Below, one piece after another: positions 12,102 to 28,229 of a DNA stretch of 64,000 nucleotides. Every line of letters starts with the position of its first letter. Position 1 is the first letter of the stretch. The DNA lies in assembly GCA_031835245.2 (NCBI GenBank), contig JAVKOQ020000117.1:1-64000 (forward strand), written 5' to 3'. The translations under genes were made by a program, and so were the position numbers. The DNA comes from Balamuthia mandrillaris (Eukaryota). The notes beneath the pieces are model-generated. The model had not been told where the DNA came from. It saw only the letters and a program-made list of their open reading frames with translations, and did not search any database.

Positions 12102-14808
12102 TTAGGGGCGCTGGGATGCATTTCGAGAAGAAGAAAAGTTAGAGGACGACAAAAGGTCAGCAAATGGATCACTTTGGCGTTTGGCCTGCTGTGGTTGCAT
12201 GGAGGGCGGAGAGAGGTGTCTTTGAGAACTGGAGGAGGAAGAAGGGGTAGCCCAGCTAGTTGTTGTAGGATGAGAGTGATGATCATAGCCGTTGAAAGAA
12301 GGATTTTGTGAGTGGTAAAGACCTTGCTGGTAAAGGTCTCCGCCGCTTCGTGAGCGATGCATAGGATCAGAGTGCCAAGCTGATCCTTGCAATGATGAGG
12401 GCGGTGTTAACGGTTGGTGATGATGGGAAGAGGACTCTAGGAGTGAAAAAGATACTGGATAAGCCGAAGCCTGGCCGTAAGAAAGTGGAGAGCTAGTAGT
12501 AGTGGTGGACTTAGCCAAGGAGGCATGTGCAGGAGTGTTGGTAGCAGAAGTTGGGCCTAAGAGGTCGAACAAATCATGGTTAATCGTATTAGAGGTTGGT
12601 GGAGCTGAAGAGGGACGGCTCAAGCTGGTGGCCACCTGAAGGGTGTCCAGAAAGAAACTATCGGCCGTTTGGTTGCTGCTTGGCGGGGTGGGGGAAGAGG
12701 AAAACGGGGACCATTCATTATCAACGAATTGGCTCTGTGAACTGTGTTGATTAGGTGAGTTCCTTGGGGAGGCAGTGACAGCGTGTACGCTACTGCCAAT
12801 TGTTGAAGATGAGTCCGTATTCGAGTGCCAATCCAACATGGAGAATAAGTCTCCACCAACGGCCATACCGCCGACAGTTGCCACATTGCTTTCTTTTTTT
12901 TCAGCTTGGCTGGATGGTGGTGGGCTTCCGCGAGAACGGCTACCCCTACTACCATGGCTACCTGATTTCTTTTGACCACTGCTTGATTGTCGCTTTGAGT
13001 CACTCCTACAGAAGAAATTGTTGGTGTTTTACAGGCGTTCTGGAAAGGAAAACAAACAAACCTGGAGCCATCTCTAGAAGATTTTAGATCGGGTTTTGAT
13101 CGTTTTTGAGCGTGCTTAGGACGTTGTACACTAACACCCAAACGCTTTAGCACTGAGTATATGTCAGGACGCTTATAGGGGTCCTCATCCAGCAAATAAG
13201 CTGTCAAGGATGATGGTCAGCAGGCAAACCACAATTAAGTGAAAACAAAGTGTGCAAATAAAGGTGACAAGAGCTGCGTAGTACTGACATAACTACAAAC
13301 TCGACGTATCCACCAGTATAGCAGCTACAATTGTGCAACATTTTTTCTGCCATACCTCCGACCATAAGTTTTAGGTAAGGCCGTGAAAACCACGAAATAA
13401 AACTTATGTAAAATTGGTATGGACTAATCGGAAAGAGGAGACGAATTGAAAGGAAAAAAAAAGCGATAGAAACGACGACAAAGAAGGAAAAGTTCGTCAC
13501 AAGTCGAAGAAAAAATAAATAGCGTACCGATGAATGCTGTGAGCTTGCTAGAATAAGGACATGGTTCAGGTACCCTATAACTACAGTTCAATATACCCAA
13601 TGCGCCATCAAAAGCGTCAACATAAAAAGCGAGTTTAAACAATAAACAGCCTAGTGCCTATGAAGAAATGGGTCAGATAAGAAATCCTCTTTTCTGGTTG
13701 TGGTGTGTATGTGGATAGGAAAGCTGCATACCCAGATGTCACATTTTTCGTTTATCAACTCTCCTTTGTACAAATCCACCATTTCAGGAGACCGATAGAA
13801 GAGGGTGGTATTTTTTTGAATGTCCTCATCAGCCTCTGCCCTATCCCTTTCGGCCTTGGGAAGGTACGTGCGGGTGGTGGCACTTCCGAAGTCGCCCAAC
13901 TTCAGCATGCCGTTCCGGTGCATCAACACGTTCTCCACCTTTTATCCGTGGCATGTTAGCGCCAACAAGCAGCCACAACAGTTGGAGAAAGGATAAAAAG
14001 AAAAAGGAAAGGAGGACAGAAGGAATGAGAGAAAAGGGAGAGAATCCTGCCTTGAGATCGCGGTGCGCAACGGGAGGGTCCTGGCTGTGAAGGTAATGCA
14101 CAGCCTCGCATACTTTGGTAAAGATGGCAAAAATTTCGTCCTCCCGAAGCTTGGTTTGTATGCGCCGCAGCATCAGATCCAAAAGGCTGCCGTTCTCGCA
14201 GTATTCCGTCACGAGCACGGTCTCCGTGCCAAACCTGTCTCTCTGGATGGTGGAGGAGCCAAACAGACCAATAACGGGCTTATCGGGACCGCCATACTTT
14301 CTCTGTGTTCATTTGTGTTGTTGGTAAGGAGGGATATTGGAATCGTAAGGACAAACACAAAACAAACACGTAAAAGGTAACACTTTTGAATAATACTTTA
14401 CCAGCAGGCTAATCTCGTTGTTCACAATTTTAAGGTGCTCTTGGTCTTGCACCATGATGCGTTTCAGCGCAAAGGGCTGTCCCGTAGATATCTCCTGCAC
14501 CAAAAACACAAAGGCGAACCCCCCTTTTTGTTTGTTTTCAAATAGGGTCAAGGTCGTTTTCCCACTTTCAAAAAATATAATCTTTCTAGTTTTGCAAACG
14601 TACCTTCGGCAAGCCTTTTCACAACCCGGTAGGAACGTCCTTCCACCGCAAAAATGGTGCCGGCCTCGATGTTGGAGCCACCGCCTCCTCCACCAAAAGA
14701 AGGACCACCGCCGCCTCCTCCCCCTGCGCCGCCGCCAGGGGAGCCCCCCAGGCTCAAGTTTTCCAGCCCGCCACGCAGGCTGTTCAGACCGGAAGCTAGT
14801 TTGTGCAT
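12102..14808 (-). CDS. NAK-family (AAK1/BIKE/Ark1-like) Ser/Thr kinase with low-complexity C-terminus
   Basis: YRVVKRLAEG/GFAFVFLV...FALKRI, EYCENGSL, HSQDPPVAHRDLK/VENVL, LKLGDFGSAT, IQKNTTLFYRSPEMVDLY...INEKCDIW. C-terminal DPFADL/DLF motifs. Confidence 0.9.
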
Positions 14809-15339
14809 TGCGGCGGAGAAGAAGCAGCAGGGGAAAAAAGGAAGATGGACAGGAAGAGAGCAGCCAGCCCAAAGGAAAGGAAAGGAAAGGCAAGGAAAGG
14901 CAAGGAAGGAAAGGAAGAGAGACCAAAAAAAAATATCCCCAGAAGAAATTTTTTCTTTTTCTTTTTCTACTTTTTTTTTGCGATGGATTAATAAGGAAAG
15001 CCTTTCTTTTTTGTCGACATATATGAGGGGCACTTCTTTAAAGAAATTCGGAAGGCAACCGAGGGAGAACTGGTAGAAACACGTCGCTTCAACAACGAAT
15101 GAGAACCTCTGCCCTTCATGCTGCGGGGGGGGGGGGCCCCCCCCCCCCCTTGACCAAGCTCCTACTCGCGTTGCCACTGCTCCTGTCATCCATCTTGGAG
15201 GACCGCTCCTATATAATTTTCTAAATAAAGAGGAACACGTTTTAATTAACGCCCTCTCCTCACCTTTCTCTTGCGGCAGCTCAAACGAAAGCCAAGTTCA
15301 TTTGCAAGTCAGCCATTTGTAAGCATTAATAAAGGAACC

Positions 15340-15954
15340 ATGTGGCCTCGCACTCTTCGCAACCGCCACCAACCAGCTGCAACTGCAGCTGTGCGCTCAT
15401 GGAAAACCGCAGGAGGGTCATGGAGGTCATTGGCCAGCACCTCATTCCAAGAGGAATGGAACGTGCCCGTGGAGCAAATCGAAGAGGCCACCAAGGCGGG
15501 GGAACCCTCTCACCACGCCGTCTTCAGCCGCTGGCTCATGCGGCAGCCCTTCGGCTACGGAAGCCTTTTCAGGCCCTCCCATCCTTACCTCCAGCAGCCC
15601 ATCACTGAGACTCATGAGTCCGAGCAAGAGCTCCTCTTCAGGACCTCCTTTCGTGGGCAGCGGATACCCTCCGAGGCAGTCCAAGTGAGCGTGCAAGGGC
15701 AAAACCTGACCATCAGCGTTCAACCGCCCCTGGAAAAGGTAGAAGAACAGGCGGCTGCTGCTTCAGCTGGTGTCGCTGAAGACGTCAAGCAACCCACCAA
15801 AGACACGAGGGGGTTTACTCACAAGTTCCAACTGCCGCCAGAGTGCGATCCCCAAAAGGCGAGAGCCATGCTGCACGAGGGGGGCCTCATTGTGAGCGTC
15901 CCCAAGGCCACCGAAGACCAGTTGCCCCCTGACAAGACGCATGGCGAGCCCTGA
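15340..15954 (+). CDS. Small heat-shock protein (HSP20/alpha-crystallin domain), possible mitochondrial presequence
   Basis: VQVSVQGQNLTISV...GFTHKFQLPPECDPQKARAMLHEGGLIVSVPK. Arg-rich, acid-free N-terminus. TATA-like ctatataa near 15209. Confidence 0.8.
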   Translation: MWPRTLRNRHQPAATAAVRSWKTAGGSWRSLASTSFQEEWNVPVEQIEEATKAGEPSHHAVFSRWLMRQPFGYGSLFRPSHPYLQQPITETHESEQELLFRTSFRGQRIPSEAVQVSVQGQNLTISVQPPLEKVEEQAAAASAGVAEDVKQPTKDTRGFTHKFQLPPECDPQKARAMLHEGGLIVSVPKATEDQLPPDKTHGEP

Positions 15955-16243
15955 ACCTCCTCACCCACTCTCACCATCAGTGTTTATAACTGCTCCAGCC
16001 CATCACAATTGTCACCTCCTTCAGGGCTAGACAAAACCAGCCCTTGCTTGTTGCCCGCTACCGCCCGCTACCGCCCCACCAGCGCCGCCCTTCAGAGGCA
16101 CTTTCGCCTTTTCCCTTTGATGTCTACGCACACAAAAAAGGCGCCAATTTTTTTTTTTGGTGGCGCCTCTTCCGGCACAATAAAACACATGCGCACACTC
16201 ATCACCGAAATCACAAAAAAAAAAAAAAAACGTAGCGAACCGG

Positions 16244-19200
16244 ATGGAGGAGGTGCCGCCGCAGCAGATGGAGCAGCAGGAGCAGCAGCAGGAGGGTGGT
16301 GGCACAAGCGAACACGCATCGTTGCAGCCAAGAACAAAGAAAAGGAGAGTAAGCTCCGCTACTGCTGCGGCTGGCCAACCGTCCCGCAACTGGAGCAGTT
16401 TGCCGATGCCCAGTTCCACGGACTGGCAGAAGCAATCGTTGCCTCAACTGTTAGACGTCCTTTTTCCGGGCGTACTTCCGCTTGCAAAGAACACCTATGG
16501 TGGGAAGCTGCAAAAAGAGCTGTTGGCTCGGCTGGTTGAAGCGGGTACGTCCACCAACAACACAGCCAACTGACAACGTATGCTGACCACTTGAGGGTGA
16601 ACATGCATGTTCCTTCTGCCGAAACTAACAGTTAGGCAAGAGCAAGCTGGGCCAAGTGAAGCACCAAACACAGCTGGGGCAGAGAAGCCGGGTCGGATGT
16701 TCGGCTTCAAATGTGAGGCAATGGTTTGGTTCAAACAAATGAAGACCTACGCAGTGTTCGGCAAGAGAGAGGTACCACTGTCACAACTGTTGTGCCGCCT
16801 CCATTGCCCTGACTTTGTTCCTGGAAAGACCATTGTGCGGCCCATGACAGAGGAGGAGAAGCAGGCTCACCATAAAATATTCCCTCGACCACAAACCTCT
16901 CAGTCACCACGAGGAAGAACGGCAGTTGCAGGGGGAGGAGGAGGAGGAGGAGAAAAAAAAGGGAAAGAAAAAGAAAGCGAACAAGGACAAGGTCAAGGGG
17001 AGGAACAAGGGCAATCACAAAGAGCGCATGGACGTCTTGGAAGCGACAAGAGCGGGGCAGATAGGGAGGCAATAGATCTGGCAGAAGCGGCCTACCGTCT
17101 GTTCAACTCCCAACCCCATGAAATGGCGGAGAAGGTGGATGTGATGACTTGTAATGAGGCGTTGGTGACCCTCAACACTTCTTCCAAACGCATCGCCTTC
17201 ATTGTGTTTCATGCCGATCAGTGGGGTGGGTCTGGGGACGAGCCGTATGAAGAACTGCCAGAAGGTATGTCATGCTCTCCCTTCGGGCGACTGTGTGATT
17301 GGTATTGCTAATGTCTTCTTGCCACAAGTTTTCTATCATAAAAAGCTGGAGGCATACATGCAAAAATTGAGGTACGCATCCTGTTGAGCTCATGCTTCTT
17401 TGTTCTTACTTGTTCTCTGCTCTCCCTTTGCTTGCTCGTTGCGTGCATTCCCCCTCACAATTGTGATGATACAGCAGCCAACCACTCTCCCCCCGACTCC
17501 ACAGACTGAAATGGCTTGCAACTCATGGGATAATGCAACGCAAAAACCAATTTGAGGCCACACTGCCACCTGTTGTTGAGAAGGAGCGTGTTCGTTATGT
17601 GGCCTCTTGGTTTCGGCGGAGTGGCATGGCAGAACGTTATGGAAACCAGCACGTTTTTATGGCAGTGAAGCAGCTGCTGGACTCGGGGAAGGTCATTGGT
17701 GCCATGGACAACGACCAAGCAATGTTGAAGAACGTTTGGGATTGGATGTTGTCAGATACCCTCATCGCTCTGTGTGGATGCACGTTTGACTATCGTTATG
17801 AAGCTGAGTGGGCAGCATACGTGTGGTACCGCGTGTTCGACTGGAGACACTGTGCAGCCTTTCGGTTCGCCCCAGACCTGCCCTTCCACCTCCATCCATC
17901 CATCTATGATGGACTACCCATGCAAAGTGAGGCATCGTCAGGGAAGAGTAGGAGAGACCGAAGGCCAGATGTGCTGCTCTCCATTACCCTCAACCAAGAC
18001 AGTGGTCATCGGTACGTCCTCCCAAGCTTCTCCCACCTCCCCCCACTAATCCAAGGCAGCAGTGGCCATACCTTTCCATTTCTCTTTGTGGAGATATCTG
18101 CGGAGGCCATTGCCGACGAGCAAACCGACCACAAAGATCACAAGAAGCTGCTGGTATGCATGCGGCTAGCCCTGGAGAAGCAAATCCTCGCGTTACTGCA
18201 GAGCCTACACGAGGAGGAACAATTCATCGAGGCGTTGCAGGAGCTGCGTGTCTTCGGGGCGCTTACTGCTGCATCAAAGCTGTTTCTCTTTGCCATGCGG
18301 CCATTGTTGGACCTCGATCACCGCTCCGTGGTGTATGAGTGGCATGAACGGGCAGGAGCTTTGGACATTCTCCACGTGAGGGATGTGATTGCTGCATTCG
18401 AATGCTTCGAAAGGATGAGTCGAGCAGCCCACCACATGGAAAACATTTGGAACAACGTTGGAACACGCCGGGGCGGACCTCCAGTTTTGCAGTTCTACCT
18501 GCCTGTTCTGTGTGACATACCAGCTGCCCGACCTAACCATGCAGCTGTCACTCCAACCAAGAATCCACCAAAAGACAGAAAGCGCTCGCACACATCCGAT
18601 AGTGAATCAACCGGACACGAACACCGGCAGAAGAAACAACATTCAGGCAAAGGCAAAGACGACAACAAAGGCAACGGCCCAGGGGATGCGGCAGAGAAGA
18701 ACGGGCGAGGAGGTGAAGGAGAGGTGCAAGATGCTGGCTTTTTTCCTTCATCGGATTCCGCAGAGCTGCAACCGGAAGTGTTAGCATCGTTGCAGACACA
18801 CAGCCTGCTGCCGACAGAGTTTTTGCCTGCAATCCGTGGCTGGATTGGGAAGGTGCGGGCAATTGTGGCCTTGTTGTGCAGCGAAGCTGCGAACACATGG
18901 ATTGGGCTGACTATCACACTCCAACCAAACCAACCAGGGAGGAAACACATGGCTGAGCAAAGGTCCAGAAGGCAAGGTGGTCATCCTCAAATGCAGGAAG
19001 AGGCCCAACCAGGAACTGGATCTGCTAGGCAGGGTCACACCCCATCCCAACCTGCCCACCCTTCACTTCTCCGCAGAACGCCAACTGCCAGATGGCAGAT
19101 ACGCCTCTGTCATGGTGCAGAACCGGCTGATGAGCATGCAGGAAGCAGCGACGGGGCCAGCCAGCGGGGCGGTGTGTGCCTTGGCATGTGCGGTGGACAT

Positions 19201-19702
19201 CATGCAAGCCATGCTGCACCTCCACAGCCATGGCATCTGCCACAGGGACATCAAACCAAGAAACATCATGTGGGACCCAACCACCCGCCATTGGGTCTTG
19301 TTGGACTTGGATTTGGCCTCCGTCTGGCTGATCCCCCGCAAGAAGGAAACGGAAGAGGAAGAACAGATGGAGGGAAGCAGGAAGAGCAAGCGGGCTTCCC
19401 CTCCACCAAGATTGCTGACCAGCAGATACGTGGGAACGCATGGCTTCATGGCTCCTGAAGTTTATGCCTGTGATGGCTTGGAGGAATATGACGCCTTCCT
19501 GGCGGACACGTGGAGTTTCGCAAGGAGCTTGCAGGCGGTGTTCATGGAGCGCACAGCAGTGTTGCCCCACAGCAGCATGCCAGCATTGAACAAGCTGCTG
19601 GAGGAGGCCACCCATCCCCAACCTCACCGCAGACCCTCCCTCCACACCGCCTTCCCCAATCTGCAAGAACTTCTCCGCAATTTTCAGGCTAGCTCGACAT
19701 GA
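16244..19702 (+). CDS. Five-exon PD-(D/E)xK nuclease-like plus protein kinase fusion (Crinkler/RHS-effector-like)
   Basis: GT-AG introns at about 16545-16631, 17264-17328, 17372-17505 and 18853-18937 join ORFs 16244, 16607, 17533 and 18977 in frame. Motifs: RRPDVLL...FLFVEIS...HKDHKKL, then IGK/GGNTW...VVILK...HRDIKPRN...LDLDLA...GTHGFMAPE...DTWS. Confidence 0.75.
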
Positions 19703-19782
19703 AAGAGAGGGGAGAAAGAGGGGAGGTGAGAGAGAACTTCTCCGCAATTTTCAGGCTAGCTCGACATGAAAGAGAGGGGAGA
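19666..19782 (+). repeat. Tandem duplication (50-bp copies, 67-bp period) of the kinase stop-codon region
   Basis: agaacttctccgcaattttcaggctagctcgacatgaaagagaggggaga occurs at 19666 and again at 19733. Confidence 0.95.
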
Positions 19783-20116
19783 GAGAACAATTACTTGCGG
19801 TTTCAGCCCTCCACTTTGAGTTTTTTGACTCGGTAACCTGCTCCCTTTCACTTTTCCTGTGCTGCTCTGGGGGTTTTTGCAGGCCTCTATGACGCTACCG
19901 AATACAAGAGCGCAAGGGAGGAGAGAAACTGTAACTTTTTCCTTTTTTTGTGGACGCGTTACGCTTATTAATTTCAACGAAGGCAAGCTGCTCGACTGTG
20001 TTGCCAGGCGAAGTCTTTGCGTGCAGCCAAAAACTTCGCTGCAGGACTTTTTAAATTTTCTTGTCTTCTTTCACCTTCTGGGTTTACCTTCGTTTCCAAT
20101 ACAGCAATATAGTAGC

Positions 20117-23989
<3,873 letters not shown>

Positions 23990-24022
23990 CGCACTAAGGA
24001 ATGAAAGAAAGCTCTTCTCTTA

Positions 24023-24613
24023 CTACTCTTCTACACTTTGTACAACTGCGCCCTCCTCGATCAGAGCCTCCTCCAACCGAGCCAATAAAATTGCCTTTTT
24101 GCCCGACGTGGACAGACCTCTGTGTTTCAGCTCTTCTTTCAGTTCTGCGATGCTTAGCTTCTCTGTGTCCAGCGTCATTGTCTGGCTAAACTCCTGCCCT
24201 AGGTCATGTATGCTCCAAAAATTGCCCACTTGTTGATCATCCGAACTCCAGTCCAGTATCACCTCTTCTACCTCGTCAGAATAACGAGGAACGAAGTGAG
24301 GCACGTAGTTGTTCCTGTCCCCGTCAGCGTAGTCGCGACTGTGAATACCGTCCAACTGAAGTTTTGGAGGTTCATTCCGGGTGAACGTGATGATCTCGGT
24401 GGGTTGATCTGAGACGAAGCCAACCTTCCGTGTCTTTTTGGCTTTTGTGGCGTTGGCTTTAGGGAGTGAAGAAACAGCCTTAGGCCTCGAGGATGAGATG
24501 TTCACGGACGATGGTCGGTCATTCTCTTTGTTAAGGTCGTCGCTGTCCATAACAGCGGTTGCTTTCTTGGTGGGGGCCTTCCCTCTCCGTCTCTTTGCGT
24601 AGCGTGGCACCAT
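24023..24613 (-). CDS. SAP-domain DNA-binding protein
   Basis: C-terminal EKLSIAELKEELKHRGLSTSGKKAILLARLEEAL matches the SAP consensus. Basic N-terminus. Confidence 0.8.
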   Translation of the reverse strand: MVPRYAKRRRGKAPTKKATAVMDSDDLNKENDRPSSVNISSSRPKAVSSLPKANATKAKKTRKVGFVSDQPTEIITFTRNEPPKLQLDGIHSRDYADGDRNNYVPHFVPRYSDEVEEVILDWSSDDQQVGNFWSIHDLGQEFSQTMTLDTEKLSIAELKEELKHRGLSTSGKKAILLARLEEALIEEGAVVQSVEE

Positions 24614-24821
24614 GGTCTCCTTCCCGTGTTTCCTATCCCCTTGTGCGTGTCGTGCTGTGACTGTGGTGCTTTTGGGATAACTTTTTCCGCCTTTGTAACC
24701 GCCTTTCTTAAAAACCGTTTCTTGCGAAAAAAGGCGGCAACACACGAAATTTCCAATTTTTTGCGGACACCGATCAAAACACATGAGATCACCACATCGA
24801 CAAAAAAAATCTTGCTTTCTT

Positions 24822-25019
24822 TTATTGTTCTTGGATGTAGTTCTTGATCCTCTTGAAGCTCTTGTTCTCTTCTTTGTAGCTCTGTTGTATCATCTTGTAC
24901 ATGTACGTGTAGTAGAACAAAAGGTCGTCGTATTCGCCGTGGTATTCTCCCCGTTGCTTCTCATGCCACTCTCGATAGAAATAATAGATTGCTGCGTGTT
25001 CAACAAGTCAGCATGGAAA

Positions 25020-25062
<43 letters not shown>

Positions 25063-26115
25063 AAGACCTTCGATGGTGGCAAGGCAAGTATCGCCCACTT
25101 GTTGGAATCTCCAAAACAACGTCTTATGAGACTCGATTTGAATGCAAGGAAGGCGTTTCACGCGTTCGTCTCGAAGAATGACTTTGGCTTTCTGCCAAGT
25201 AGAATCAATAACGATTAACCTCTTCATTTGAGAGATGTCCAACTCTTGAATACTCTTTGCTTCCTACTCCATGCATAAGAGAAAAAAAGTGAGGGTTAGA
25301 ACAGCAAAAACAGGGCGAAGCAGAGAAGCAGAGCAGAGTAGAGAGAAGAGAAAACTCTGACAAACGGAGAAGCGAGAAAAGGCAAAGCATCGACACCACA
25401 TACGAAAGAGGTAACAAGAGATGAGAGCGACAGAGGAGAAGAAGGAGGATTGCTTACGGGCGAGGGAAACAACAAAAAGGTTCCTTCCTCGGAGAAATCA
25501 GGGAATTCGGGGTACTCGTACATTTTGACTTTGTCGGGAGCTAGCACGCACGCATGCACCGCCGTGCTCTTGCTTTTCTGTTCGGCTGGGTGGTGCAAAC
25601 TTACACACAAACATCAGCAGAGAGAGAGAGAGAGAGAGAGAGGAGAGCAGAGAGAGAACGAGAGAAGGATAACAGGGATGGGTTGCTTACATGTCGCAGG
25701 TAAAAGGGAGAGCAACGCGGGGAGTCCGTTCAGGATGGGCTAAAACGATGTGACAGTCGTAACAGAAGAAGCGGCGCTTCGAGTTACAGCGAGGACACTG
25801 GCCAACAAAAACGTTTATCACATCAGCTCAAATGGTTCATAAAACGGGAGGGTAAGCCTATCGTACATGATACCGTTGCTTCTCCGCCAAGAAGCTTTGG
25901 TCGGATAGCTTTAGATCGTGCAATGGATGAGCGGGTGCGCCTTCCTCGGCAGAGGAGCTGCTGGCCAGGACGGCCGACTCTCCTCCAATCCCGCTTTCTT
26001 CCGTCTCTTTGGCTTTCTCAGCTTCCTCCGAGAAGCTCTCTCTGTCTCTTTTCTTTCCCCTGTTTTTTTCATTGGTCTCCTTGTTGCTGCTGCTGCTGCC
26101 GCTGGGCGCTTCCAT
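24822..26115 (-). CDS. DTWD1: DTW domain protein (tRNA-uridine aminocarboxypropyltransferase 1-like), multi-exon
   Basis: CPRCNSKRRFFCYDC, HHPAEQKSKSTAVHACVLAP, LLFPSP, LIVIDSTW, KTLFWRFQ...CLATIE/AIYYF...YDDLLFYY. Confidence 0.9.
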
Positions 26116-26374
26116 TTTCTGGTGGTGGTGGTTGTTGTTGTTTCTCTCTTCTGCAGCCCCTCTTCGTTTGAACATGGGTTTTTGTCGTCGAAACATGTCG
26201 ACGTAATTATATTTCGGTTTTGGAGAATGCCACCTCTGGCTAGCCCTTCTGGCAAAAATCAAGACTAGACCCCAATCCTATCTCTATTTTTGTAAGCATT
26301 GTAATAAGAAAGAGAGGGATCGGCACAACCCAAGGCCGGGTTGTGCCGACTACTACAAAAAGCTGAATAGAGCA

Positions 26375-27588
26375 AGAACATATGTGTTCTATACAGTGCA
26401 AGATTTGAGAAAGATAATAAATGGGAATAGAAACATAAATGGAGAATGAGAAAGGGAATGCAAAACTAGAGCTCATCTGTAGTAAAGTATGTGTTCACAT
26501 CAGTTTCAAAACAAAAGTAGAAAATACGTTCAAGGGAGCTTCTGGTAGAAGAGGTAGGCATAGAGAAGATACTTTCAGCTATTTTGCTTGCTTTTCCACT
26601 GTGGGCAGCTCTGTTCCCCTCTTCTCGCACCCTTCCTTTGTCAGATCATCTTCCGAGAGGATTCCTGCGGGGTTCTTGTCCTCCAACGCAATGCATGCAA
26701 GGTTGAGGAGGTGGCGCCTTAGAATTCTATGTGTGCATCCTGTGCAATTGAAAGCTTCTTCTGAATTGTGGCCAAGACCTCGTCATGCTTCAAAATGGTG
26801 GCTTTTAAAGCGTCTCTGTCCTCCTCAGCCTTCTTTAATGCCATTTTAAAGGTCTCTCTGTCCTCCTCAGCCTTCTTTCTGTCCTCCTCAGCCTTCTTTC
26901 TGTCCTCCTCAGCCTTCTTTCTGTCCTCCTCAGCCTTCTTTCTGTCCTCCTCAGCCTTCTTTAATGCCATTTTAAAGGTCTCTCTATCCTCCTCGGCCTT
27001 CTTTCTGTCCTCCACCTCAGGTTCGGTGGTAGTGTGCTTTTCCTCACCCTTGGTGAGGTGTTGGCCTCGCAGGTCTGCTAGTTCAGAAAGCTGGGGCTGG
27101 GTCTTATCCTTGGGGTGCACGAGGATAACTGGCGTGTTGTTGCAATTGCGTTTGAATAATTGGGGTGGCTTGTCCGTTGGGGAAGAAGGAAATACCTTCG
27201 CCTCCAGCTACACGGTGAAATAGCACCATTTAACAAGCGAGAAAAGAACAGGAGGGCAACAGAGAGAGAAAGAGAGGCTAACGCACTTCTAATGAGGCGG
27301 GCAGCCTCTGTTTCTCTTTGAATACCTCCACCAGACGCGGGAGAGCGGCCGAGACCATTGAGTTTTCACTCAAAGCGAAGGAACGGGCATTTCCTTCCTC
27401 GTAGTATATCATCCGAACGATGCAGTTTGGTTTTGTAGCGGCTACCGTCGCGGCCTGAGCAGAGGCCGCAGGAGCAGCTTTGGCAATCCGCCGTTCATCG
27501 ATTCTTTGTGTTATCGTCTTCTCCATGGGGGGTTGGCACTACTCCAATGCTGTTTGCGCTTGGTTACCTTTGAGTGGCTCCTTGACTC
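26375..27588 (-). pseudogene. Copy 2 of the heptad-repeat gene family (two exons, frameshifted near 26725)
   Basis: Exon 27526-27287, intron, then exon from 27207. Expanded 21-bp KKAEEDR array. Frame lost just before the RRHxLNLACIA segment that is in frame in copy 1. Confidence 0.7.
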
Positions 27589-28152
27589 CGTCCCTTCTGT
27601 TTCTCGAATTTTTCTGGAACCCTGCGCCACACCAAAACGGGCAAAGCCTTCCTATTCCTTGTACGCCATCACTTCTCGCTTCTTTTCCAAGTGTTGGCTT
27701 AAAAAAGCGAAATCTGTGACGGTCAACCTTCCTTTTGTTGACACCAACCCCTTTTATACTTTTACAGTTACAGACTACAATACATACACTTTCTCCATAT
27801 ACCTATTTACTCTGCTAACAACACCACTGAAACTGTGAGGAGCTGGAGATGAGATTTGTCGGCAATTATAAGCACAAATTGGTTTGTGACTCGGAAAGAA
27901 ACAAATCGTTCCCTTGGGCTTGAGGTCCTTACCTGATATTTTTTGTTTCTCTCTTGATAGTCCTCCTCTCCGTCGCTCTCTGCTCTCTTTACCGCCTACG
28001 GCAAGCTTTTCAGTTTTCCTCCGTTTTATCTCGCTCTCTTTTCCAGGTTCCACAGGTATGTTCCTCTGCTCGCCCCCGCTTCCTGCTTACCCACTCTCTG
28101 CCCTTCTGGAAAAAGGAGCGATGAATAAACTAGGTACCATTTCCTTCTCTTC

Positions 28153-28205
<53 letters not shown>

Positions 28206-28229
28206 ACTCTCTCTAAAAAAAACTGCTCG

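Noticed and set aside
15035..15056. Heat-shock element upstream of HSP20 (gaaattcggaa)
   Set aside because: Spacing does not fit nGAAnnTTCnnGAAn.
17533..19458. 641-aa ORF as a standalone protein
   Set aside because: Its C-terminal part reads through an intron into the wrong frame; the spliced model restores kinase motifs.
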